Shown here piece after piece: positions 9,623 to 17,510 of a stretch of DNA of 64,000 nt. The stretch lies in IMG/VR virus record IMGVR_UViG_3300026484_000295, positions 64,001 through 128,000 of that record; one strand, written 5' to 3'. Each line of letters opens with the position of its first letter. The first letter of the stretch is position 1. The translations under genes were made by a program, and so were the position numbers. The notes under the pieces are model-generated. The model was not told the DNA's origin, searched no databases, and was given only the letters and a program-made list of their open reading frames with translations. This stretch comes from a virus.

Positions 9623-10855
9623 TTATTTTGTAGCCAACCATTCTTTTCTGATTGAGGCATTATCATCAAAAAAGATTTGCATTAATTCATCTAAATGACC
9701 TTGATCGGTAATATTAAAGGCGTATTCCTCTAAATTTGAAAATACGTACTCCCAATCCGGTTTTTGCATAGAACCCAACCCTTTAAAGTAATCTATTTTC
9801 CACGAATCATCAACTGTACCAGATTCTTTAGCTTCATCAAATTCCTGTCTATTTGAATAATACAATACTTTTTTACCTTTTTTTGCAGCAATCATAGGAA
9901 ATACAATTCTATTGATAAATGGATTTTCATGATCCCAAAACAATTCTGGGAAATATTCATGAAATAAATTAACAACAAGATTATTAATGGCACTTCCGTC
10001 TGGGTCAGCATCAGTAGCTATATAAATTTTTGAATATTTTAATTTTGTATCAAAAGCAGGTCGCAACCATTTATGAAATCTATCTAATTTAGCATCAGAA
10101 TTAGCTTTTTTAATCTCTATATTTTGTGTTGATTTTGGTATTTTTTTAAGTAGCATGGATACCCTATGCCATTTTTTATCAAAATATACTTCATCAATAT
10201 CATTACAGATTAATGTTGTTCTACCTATTTTAACTTCATATTTAACACCATTTTTTCTAAATCCTCTAAATTCCCATTTTCTTCTAAAATGAAAGTAATC
10301 TGGATCTGAAAGATCAGAAATTGTAGCATCACTCGCTTCTATTTTTTGAATGTAGCCACGATATAATTTTTCATTATCTACTAATTCATCAACACTAACC
10401 CATTTTTTATTTAAGTGAAATTTATCTTCTGAGCTAACAATTACTGTTTTAATTATAGGCTCACCTTCCTTATCAACTTCAAAAATACTTTCAAATGTCA
10501 CCTCATATATGCGTGCATTATCACTAATCACCCAATCACCCATTTGTTCGTTAAACTCTAAATTTATTGCTGTAATTATATCAGCTACTTCATCATTATT
10601 CATTGCATCTATTGGTGCCTTACCATAGACATTTAAAACTTTACCTTTTAATGGCATTCCAGCTTGTGTTTCTGGATCTCTAATTTCAGTAAACGAAGCT
10701 ATTGCAGAATTATGTGTCAATAATCCATTTTCAAGAATAAATGTTTCATTATCTTCTACTTGTATATCATTCATATTAATGACTTTATTAGTACTATAAA
10801 CACTATTAATTTCTACCATATCAAATTCATCAATATTTATTTCATTCAATTGCAT
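9623..10855 (-). CDS. Type II DNA topoisomerase, C-terminal (TOPRIM) half of a gp39/gp60-like subunit, fused to an N-terminal split-intein C-fragment
   Basis: After ...LLTHN: SAIA...PLKGKVLNV, KYSKIYIATDADPDG, YFKGLGS, FDDNASIRKEWL; no GHKL ATPase domain; own TAAGGAG RBS. Confidence 0.9.
   Translation of the reverse strand: MQLNEINIDEFDMVEINSVYSTNKVINMNDIQVEDNETFILENGLLTHNSAIASFTEIRDPETQAGMPLKGKVLNVYGKAPIDAMNNDEVADIITAINLEFNEQMGDWVISDNARIYEVTFESIFEVDKEGEPIIKTVIVSSEDKFHLNKKWVSVDELVDNEKLYRGYIQKIEASDATISDLSDPDYFHFRRKWEFRGFRKNGVKYEVKIGRTTLICNDIDEVYFDKKWHRVSMLLKKIPKSTQNIEIKKANSDAKLDRFHKWLRPAFDTKLKYSKIYIATDADPDGSAINNLVVNLFHEYFPELFWDHENPFINRIVFPMIAAKKGKKVLYYSNRQEFDEAKESGTVDDSWKIDYFKGLGSMQKPDWEYVFSNLEEYAFNITDQGHLDELMQIFFDDNASIRKEWLATK
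10709..10855 (-). mobile_element. Split intein C-fragment (IntC, 49 aa)
   Basis: Block F/G pattern MNDIQVEDNETFILENGLLTHN followed by Ser+1. Confidence 0.88.
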
Positions 10856-10957
10856 TTAATCTCCTTATGTTATGTTTATTTTACATTTTTTTATGCCACA
10901 ATCTAAAACTTCTATCAATATCACTCTTATTAATTTAATAGTAATGAAATTATATTA

Positions 10958-11236
10958 TTATTTGGGTAGTTCACCAACCAAATATTTTTTTATTAATTCA
11001 TCAGGGTAGTCTTCTTTAAACTACTTATATAACGATTCAAATTTATTATATTGTCTGAAATTAGTGTTTGATATGCAATTGTAGTTTTTATAAGGTTCTA
11101 TGTTAGTTTCAATTTTATATTGGTGTTCAAACTAACCAAATGATGGTATAAGTGAAACGTAATAAATGTCTTCTCTTATACCAAAATAATATTTTAAGAT
11201 GTCGATTGTTTTAAGGTTCTTATTACTGTACGTCAC
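10958..11236 (-). pseudogene. 93-codon frame interrupted by two in-frame TAG stops
   Basis: GTG...NLKTIDILKYYFGIREDIYYVSLIPSFG*FEHQ...ESLYK*FKEDYPDELIKKYLVGELPK*; fills most of the gap between clpP and the topoisomerase half. Confidence 0.45.
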
Positions 11237-11858
11237 TTAAACTAGTAATAACTTTATCAATGAAGCCTTCTTCTGCTGCTTCTTCCGGAGATAGCCACCA
11301 ATCTCTATCAGTTTTCTTTTTCATCTCTTCAAAAGAAGTTTTGCCACCTGTAAATTCTGATAAATATCTATTTAATTTTTCATAGAGTTTTCTCGTTTCT
11401 TCAACACTTCTTTCCATATCAACATACTGTGTACCACCTTGAATACCACTCATTACTTGATGATACATCAATCTACTATTTGGAAGTGAATAACGTTTAC
11501 CCTGTGCTCCACCAGATACTAAAAATGACCCCATAGATGCAGCACTACCAATACAAATAGTAACAACATCATTAGGTATCAAATTCATAGTATCCAACAC
11601 AGCCAAACCATCAGAAACACTTCCGCCGGGAGAATTAATGTAAAAATAAATATCTGCTTCTGGATCTTCAGATGATAATACTAATAGTTGCATAATAATT
11701 GACATAGCTGACTGATTATTTACATCACTATTTAACATAACAATTCGGTCTTTTAAAAGTCTTGATGGTAAGTCAAAACTACGTTCTCTATCTCCATCAT
11801 TCTCAATTACAATGGGAGCGTATGCTGCTTTCGGCTTTAAGTTTTGTTCTAAATTCAT
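11223..11858 (-). CDS. clpP: ATP-dependent Clp protease proteolytic subunit
   Basis: SRLLKDRIVML, YINSPGG, AASMG (catalytic Ser), MYHQ (His), DRD (Asp), A.EEGFIDKV. Confidence 0.95.
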   Translation of the reverse strand: MNLEQNLKPKAAYAPIVIENDGDRERSFDLPSRLLKDRIVMLNSDVNNQSAMSIIMQLLVLSSEDPEADIYFYINSPGGSVSDGLAVLDTMNLIPNDVVTICIGSAASMGSFLVSGGAQGKRYSLPNSRLMYHQVMSGIQGGTQYVDMERSVEETRKLYEKLNRYLSEFTGGKTSFEEMKKKTDRDWWLSPEEAAEEGFIDKVITSLSDVQ

Positions 11859-11915
11859 TATATTCCTTCTAAAATTAATTTATCATATTATATATTATTC
11901 TACATTAATTTAATA

Positions 11916-12332
11916 TTAAATCATAGATATATAATTTAATAAATCTGTTGTTATACTAGTTTCAGGCTCTATATTTTGTATAGCTTGAAAATTCTCTTTA
12001 AATCTTTCTCTATGATCATATATATCTATTATATTTTTTTCTATATTAAAAGTACCTGGAATAGATAATCTTTTATATTTTAGTTCGTACATATGAAATA
12101 ATAAACTTCTGGGTGCATTCCTATCACTTATATAAATATATGTCAATGTATTAAAGCCATTTTTAATCAAATATAATTTCCTATAAAATGGTAAACCCCA
12201 TAATATATGATGAAATTCATAAATATCTTGATCATCACCTATTAATTTTAAAAATAATTCAGGTTTACTTGTTTTTAAAACTTGCATTATTATTTCAAAT
12301 TGTTTTATAGCAGGATTTTCTTGATGCTTCAT
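11916..12332 (-). CDS. Hypothetical protein
   Basis: 138-aa ORF with start overlapping the upstream stop in a packed operon. Confidence 0.55.
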   Translation of the reverse strand: MKHQENPAIKQFEIIMQVLKTSKPELFLKLIGDDQDIYEFHHILWGLPFYRKLYLIKNGFNTLTYIYISDRNAPRSLLFHMYELKYKRLSIPGTFNIEKNIIDIYDHRERFKENFQAIQNIEPETSITTDLLNYISMI

Positions 12333-12664
12333 GAAAAAATCACTTTACCAGTTATACTTTTATTACTAATATTATTAATACATCTCCATCTTTTGAGTTT
12401 TTCAAATTCATTAGGTATAACATCAACAATAGTCTCCATAATTGTTGTTGATGTACCCATTAACACTTTTTCTTTTTTAGGATTTGCTCTAGGTATTTTT
12501 GACACATTGAGATCATTTAATCCTATTTTTTGACGCATTAAGTCATATGATCTAACATGTTCGAAATAATTAAGGATTGATTGAGCATATAATAGTTCTT
12601 TCTTTAAATATTTAACTCGTTGTTGATACCATATCCATTGCTTTATTCTTTTAATATCAACCAT
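12329..12664 (-). CDS. Hypothetical protein
   Basis: 111-aa ORF overlapping both neighbours. Confidence 0.55.
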   Translation of the reverse strand: MVDIKRIKQWIWYQQRVKYLKKELLYAQSILNYFEHVRSYDLMRQKIGLNDLNVSKIPRANPKKEKVLMGTSTTIMETIVDVIPNEFEKLKRWRCINNISNKSITGKVIFS

Positions 12665-12936
12665 TTTTTAAATCCGCCTCTTTTTTTAAGTTTATTAATC
12701 CTTGCAGTTTCTATTTCATCTCTATAAATACCTTGAAATTCAGCCATAGCATATATAACCTCTATGACATCAGCATACTCTTCAATATCATTAAATGCGG
12801 TTTCTGAAAGCTCTTCTAATTCTTCATATATTTTATCTTTTAAAAAAATAAATTTTTCTGAAATATCTTCAGCAATATACATTCTATCAGTATCGATAAT
12901 AGATTCGTAGTTATCTCTAATCAATTTACTCATCAT
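12643..12936 (-). CDS. MazG-like / phosphoribosyl-ATP pyrophosphohydrolase-like NTP pyrophosphatase
   Basis: KLIRD...LKDKIYEELEE...EEYADVIEVIYA...R..K..KRGGF. Confidence 0.8.
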   Translation of the reverse strand: MMSKLIRDNYESIIDTDRMYIAEDISEKFIFLKDKIYEELEELSETAFNDIEEYADVIEVIYAMAEFQGIYRDEIETARINKLKKRGGFKKWLILKE

Positions 12937-13126
12937 TTACCCTTATAAATTTTTGTTGAAATTCTTCAATACTCCTAATATATGGGTTGTGATTGTCTTT
13001 ATTTAATTCAATATAGCCTATGGCTGGCACCCATTCATTATTAATTTGAATTGAACAAAAAAATTTAGGAATATAAATTTTATTATTCTTATAATGTCTA
13101 TAACCGGTATCAATTGTTACACTCAT
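12926..13126 (-). CDS. DUF1653-like small protein
   Basis: YRHYKNNKIY...YIRSIEEFQQKF pattern. Confidence 0.6.
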   Translation of the reverse strand: MSVTIDTGYRHYKNNKIYIPKFFCSIQINNEWVPAIGYIELNKDNHNPYIRSIEEFQQKFIRVNDE

Positions 13127-13380
13127 AATTGTACACCAGTCATATCAGCAACATATATAAGTAGATTTAATGTAGATTTACCATTTATAGGATTTACATC
13201 AGTAGAAATTTTTAATGTATCAACAATATCAATTGCCAACCATTTATTTTTCTTATCTTTCTCAGATAATGAATTACGTACTTCCAATCCAACAACTTGT
13301 TCTAAATCATTTAACATATCTATATCTATTGATATGCTTATAGCTTTCCATTTTCTATTTTTCCTATACATAGTTACCAT
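13123..13380 (-). CDS. Hypothetical protein
   Basis: 85-aa ORF in the operon. Confidence 0.5.
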   Translation of the reverse strand: MVTMYRKNRKWKAISISIDIDMLNDLEQVVGLEVRNSLSEKDKKNKWLAIDIVDTLKISTDVNPINGKSTLNLLIYVADMTGVQL

Positions 13381-13388
13381 ACTATACC

Positions 13389-13619
13389 CTATTCTTGAAT
13401 TAATAGATGATCAATTTGAATTTTTAAATCTTCCATCTTTTTCATAGTTAATTCTTTAGTTTTAGAATCCCATATACCCCATAAATGCGAGGGTGATGAT
13501 TTGACTATCCGATCTGATGTTTTAAAAATATATTTGTAAACTCTTTCTTCCGGTTTAAATTCTATGTCTAAAATTGGTAAAGTTTTAAAAATTCTACCAT
13601 CATCTAATCTAGCAATCAT
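13389..13619 (-). CDS. Stand-alone intein/Hint middle fragment (block B region, no extein)
   Basis: LDDGRIFKTLPILDIEFKPEERVYKYIFKTSDRIVKSSPSHLW...KKMEDLK matches the IntN pattern from about residue 30 onward; an in-frame TGA lies 4 codons upstream of the ATG. Confidence 0.65.
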   Translation of the reverse strand: MIARLDDGRIFKTLPILDIEFKPEERVYKYIFKTSDRIVKSSPSHLWGIWDSKTKELTMKKMEDLKIQIDHLLIQE

Positions 13620-14047
13620 AATACACTTTCAACGAATGAAGGACATTCAATACTTATTTTTTTATATAAATCTTTATGTATATTTAAAATATTATTCATT
13701 TTTTTAATAATATCATCCGATACATATAAAAAATATTTTTCTGCATCATCTCGAGTCTTAAAAAATTTAAGCCCTTTTGAATTTGCTTCCCATCTAGATA
13801 ATTTAGTACCATCTTTCATTACAAGTGTTAAACGTGTTATAGAATCATCATCACACCAATAGCTTCGATCGCCTATTTCGATTGAAACTTCTTGTGGCTC
13901 GATGTAATCAACATCTACATGCTGTTTTTCATCACCCGCATATTTCTCAATTCTTATTCCAGAAACCCAAAAATTCTTATTCTCTTTTTTCACAGCCGAA
14001 CGTAAAACAGTTTTTGGAGAAACTTGTGTAATTACTCTTGACATCAT
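13616..14047 (-). CDS. Hypothetical protein
   Basis: 143-aa ORF with ATGA coupling to the downstream gene. Confidence 0.6.
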   Translation of the reverse strand: MMSRVITQVSPKTVLRSAVKKENKNFWVSGIRIEKYAGDEKQHVDVDYIEPQEVSIEIGDRSYWCDDDSITRLTLVMKDGTKLSRWEANSKGLKFFKTRDDAEKYFLYVSDDIIKKMNNILNIHKDLYKKISIECPSFVESVL

Positions 14048-14256
14048 TAATTACCATTATTATAATCGTATAGTTTTTTTGCACCATAAGCTAAAGCTAC
14101 AGAAATTCCGCCGTCAAATATCCCTGCTATTAACATAGCTGCCCCACCTGCACCAACCCAATAAGTTTCTTCATGTTTTAATGCACTTTTAAAATCGATT
14201 TTCGAACTTTTTGATTTATTTTTCATTCTTTCATAAGCATTCGTTCGTTTTTTCAT
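14047..14256 (-). CDS. Small putative membrane protein
   Basis: Basic N-terminus followed by a Gly/Ala-rich hydrophobic stretch. Confidence 0.55.
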   Translation of the reverse strand: MKKRTNAYERMKNKSKSSKIDFKSALKHEETYWVGAGGAAMLIAGIFDGGISVALAYGAKKLYDYNNGN

Positions 14257-14312
14257 CTTTAGACCTTTTTAAAATATTTCTAAATTATATATTAATTTAT
14301 CTTAAAAAATTC

Positions 14313-14498
14313 TTAATTCTTCCAGCCAGATATTTTTGATTTACCATCCAAAACATTAATAACATCCTCAATCTTTTGAGCAATTTTAATAATATCTCTT
14401 TTTTCTATATGTGATTTATTAATAGTTTTTTCAACCATAATGATTGTCAAATCTATCCATGCTTCTAATTGTTTTAATAAAATTTCTTCTTGAGTCAT
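14313..14498 (-). CDS. Hypothetical protein
   Basis: 61-aa ORF with GAGG RBS. Confidence 0.5.
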   Translation of the reverse strand: MTQEEILLKQLEAWIDLTIIMVEKTINKSHIEKRDIIKIAQKIEDVINVLDGKSKISGWKN

Positions 14499-14659
14499 GT
14501 ATCTAATCCTCTTAAAATTTTTCCTAATATTGCGTTTATTTTGAACATTTCATTCCGGAGATATTCTTTATTTTGAACAATATTAATTTGGGAAAAGTCA
14601 ATTGATTTTAAATTTTGTGAGATTTTCTGGAGGTTGATTTTTATACTCTGTTGATCCAT
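14495..14659 (-). CDS. Small hypothetical protein (54 aa, not in ORF track)
   Basis: MDQQSIKINLQKISQNLKSIDFSQINIVQNKEYLRNEMFKINAILGKILRGLDT*; AAGGGA RBS; ATGA overlap with the next gene. Confidence 0.55.
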   Translation of the reverse strand: MDQQSIKINLQKISQNLKSIDFSQINIVQNKEYLRNEMFKINAILGKILRGLDT

Positions 14660-14704
14660 ATAAAATAATCCCTTTTTAGAGATTATTTTACATTTTTTTT
14701 AATT

Positions 14705-16975
14705 TTAGTAACCCTGAATTACATATCTTATTTGTTCGGCGTCGCCACTAGCTAATGAAATTTTTACTGTATTTACATCAATAACTTCAGTTACAACCAA
14801 ATCAAACCGCCATACAGATTCTGTAGAATCATATACCTGTACTGAGACATCAACAAATTCAGTATTAAGATTATGGGCAATAGTATATGTATCTGATGCA
14901 TCTTCTTCTGCCACTTCACCTTTAACATATCTATTTTCAATATCATTTATTTTTGTATTCACTAATGAAGCTATACCATCCAATGTATTTTTTAGTGAAT
15001 CAGCATTTAATTCAATTGTTGGATTAACTATATTTGTATCAGATTCTGTATATCCTTCATATCCAACAAAATTAGTACCATTACCAGCAGTAGTAGCAAT
15101 CAAATTATCATAATTTGTTTTAATAGTATTATCTAAAAGAATATCAGCATTAAATAATGATGTTGCACTAGAAATATAATTTGTTGTTGAATCAGCATTA
15201 TAAGTATCAGATGATAAACCAGATGCAGAATTAACATTATCAATTCTTTCTCCCAATGCATTATCATTAGAGGTTCTTATTGATATTTCATCATCGATAT
15301 TTGTTTGTAAATTTGTTTCAGCATTAGTTGCTCTCGTAACTTCATTATCAATATTTGAATCCACTTCATTGATTGCATTTACTAAAGTATCTTTTGCTTC
15401 AGTAGTTAAATTATCTAAATCGCCAACTTTACCATCTACTTGACTTTCAATATTTGTAACTCTCGAATCGATAGATGTAATATCGTCTGAATTAGTTTTA
15501 ATAGCAGAATCCAATGTTACTGTGGCATTATGAACACTTGTTGCAGATGAAATATAATTTGTTAAAGCTTCAACAACATAGGTGCCATCATCATTTAATC
15601 CTGTTCCAGTTTCAATTCTATCAATTTCAGATTGTAGTGATGTATTAGCATTAGTTCTATTTGTAACCTCATCATCAATATGAGCATCAACTTCATTGAT
15701 TGCATTTACTAAAGTATCTTTTGCATCAGTAGTTAAATCAGCTAAATCACCAGTTGCACCACCAACGTCAGACTCTAAATCAGATATTCTATCATCCAAT
15801 GCATTATCAGCATCTGTTCTAGCCGTAACTTCATTATCAATATTTGTTTGCAATGTATTATCTGCATTAGTTCTATTTGTGGTTTCATCCACTAAGTCTG
15901 AGGAAACAGTATCAATATTTGATTGTAATATATTATCCGCAGTATCAACATATTCTTCTGTTGCTATTTTTTTAAGTGTACCATTATCTTGTACTTCAAC
16001 TTGATCTAATGTTTCATTCCATTGAATTATTGTTGTTAATCCATCATTTCCTCTATCAACCTCTAATCCTGCATTTTCAGTTGGATCAACAGCACCAATA
16101 CCATCATTCAATGTTATAATATTATCAGCTACTTTTAATGTTTCAGTTTCTATTGTTGTTGTTGTACCACTTACAGTTAAATCACCATGAATAATTAAAT
16201 TATTTGAAAATGTAGTATCTGCAGCAACAGTTTGTGATGTAGAAGTCGTTTTATTTAAATAATTATTTGATAAATCATTATTAGTATCTATAATTGATTG
16301 AGTATTAGTATCAGTATTAGTATCGATTTCATTAATTGCATTTACTAATGTATCTTTTGTGTCAGTAGTTAAAGTGGTTAAATCTCCTTCTACTGATATT
16401 GCTCTAGATATTTCATTATCGATATTGGTTGTATTAGTATCAGCATTAGTATCGATTTCATTAATTGCATTTACTAATGTATCTTTTGTGTCAGTAGTTA
16501 AAGTGGTTAAATCTCCTTCTACTGATATTGCTCTAGATATTTCATTATCGATATTGGTTGTATTAGTATCAGCATTAGTATCGATTTCATTAATTGCATT
16601 TACTAATGTATCTTTTGTGTCAGTAGTTAAAGTGGTTAAATCTCCTTCTACTGATATTGCTCTAGATATTTCATTATCGATATTGGTTTGTATTGTTGTA
16701 TCTGCTGTAGTTCTATCTGATATTTCTTGAGCAATTGCATCAGTATTAGCTTGTACGTCAGCACTATTATCAATACCAATAGGTTTTATTTCAACTGATG
16801 TTCCAGCTTCATCTAAAAATCCACCTTTAAACGTTTTATCAGTATTATTAAACCATAAACGTCCAACAGACTCTACGCCTGTTAATGATGGGTCTGATGT
16901 TAAATTCTCAATTACTAGATTTGAAAACTTACTATTTTTAGCGAGTTCGGGATTATGTAATTTTATTTTAGCCAT
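14705..16975 (-). CDS. Coiled-coil fibre protein (tail/neck fibre-like)
   Basis: Repeated GDL..LTT..KDTLVNAINE and E..RA..A coiled-coil motifs; GDLTVSGTTTTI...DNIITLN...AGLEVDRG module; C-terminal TIAHNLNT domain. Confidence 0.75.
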   Translation of the reverse strand: MAKIKLHNPELAKNSKFSNLVIENLTSDPSLTGVESVGRLWFNNTDKTFKGGFLDEAGTSVEIKPIGIDNSADVQANTDAIAQEISDRTTADTTIQTNIDNEISRAISVEGDLTTLTTDTKDTLVNAINEIDTNADTNTTNIDNEISRAISVEGDLTTLTTDTKDTLVNAINEIDTNADTNTTNIDNEISRAISVEGDLTTLTTDTKDTLVNAINEIDTNTDTNTQSIIDTNNDLSNNYLNKTTSTSQTVAADTTFSNNLIIHGDLTVSGTTTTIETETLKVADNIITLNDGIGAVDPTENAGLEVDRGNDGLTTIIQWNETLDQVEVQDNGTLKKIATEEYVDTADNILQSNIDTVSSDLVDETTNRTNADNTLQTNIDNEVTARTDADNALDDRISDLESDVGGATGDLADLTTDAKDTLVNAINEVDAHIDDEVTNRTNANTSLQSEIDRIETGTGLNDDGTYVVEALTNYISSATSVHNATVTLDSAIKTNSDDITSIDSRVTNIESQVDGKVGDLDNLTTEAKDTLVNAINEVDSNIDNEVTRATNAETNLQTNIDDEISIRTSNDNALGERIDNVNSASGLSSDTYNADSTTNYISSATSLFNADILLDNTIKTNYDNLIATTAGNGTNFVGYEGYTESDTNIVNPTIELNADSLKNTLDGIASLVNTKINDIENRYVKGEVAEEDASDTYTIAHNLNTEFVDVSVQVYDSTESVWRFDLVVTEVIDVNTVKISLASGDAEQIRYVIQGY
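16301..16688. repeat. Three near-perfect 129-bp tandem repeats (43 aa)
   Basis: AATCTCCTTC recurs at 16381, 16510 and 16639. Confidence 0.9.
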
Positions 16976-17003
16976 TATTAAATTTCTCCATTATAATTTA
17001 TTA

Positions 17004-17450
17004 TTATTTATTAAGATGAAGAAATTTATTGATATTATAATTTAACACTTCTACTGGAGTCATTTCCAGTTTTATAGATTCAATAACTTTATCATTTTTA
17101 TCAATAATAAAAAAGGATGGAGTACCTTTCATATCATAATGTGAAGATAAATAATCAAACATTGAAATGTTTTGGCGCCATATATCCGAAATATCCTTAT
17201 CCCATATAATATCAGATGGATTTAATGGATTGTCAGATAGCAACTGTTTATATGCATTTAATGGATTTTTTGATTTAAATATTGCTTGTATGGCTAATTC
17301 ATCCATAGGACTGAATGGAGCCAATAACAATTTACGTGTCAATGGTATTTTTTCACACATATCATTTTTTTGTAGTTCTCTACAAACCGAACAATTTGGA
17401 TTGGTCACAATCAATAACGAATATTCTGTTTTTTTATCTATTACTATCAT
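17004..17450 (-). CDS. Thioredoxin-fold oxidoreductase (DsbC/DsbG-like)
   Basis: NPNCSVC (CxxC) and GTP cis-Pro motif; next to nrdA. Confidence 0.75.
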   Translation of the reverse strand: MIVIDKKTEYSLLIVTNPNCSVCRELQKNDMCEKIPLTRKLLLAPFSPMDELAIQAIFKSKNPLNAYKQLLSDNPLNPSDIIWDKDISDIWRQNISMFDYLSSHYDMKGTPSFFIIDKNDKVIESIKLEMTPVEVLNYNINKFLHLNK

Positions 17451-17510
17451 AATTTATTCTTCCTTTTTTATATAATATTTATGATTATATATAGGAAGAA
17501 ATATATATTT

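Noticed and set aside
10040-10530. TOPRIM insertion units as degenerate intein block B copies
   Set aside because: They lack the His and are better explained by the T4 gp39 C-terminal subdomain.
13616-14047. Upstream 143-aa ORF as the N-extein/block A partner of the 76-aa Hint fragment via frameshift
   Set aside because: It has no topoisomerase motifs, and its terminal CPSFVESVL is too short and a poor block A match.
16301-16688. Tandem repeats as a CRISPR array or DGR template/variable repeat
   Set aside because: The repeats are contiguous in-frame coding units with no spacers, no adenine-specific variation and no reverse transcriptase in the window.
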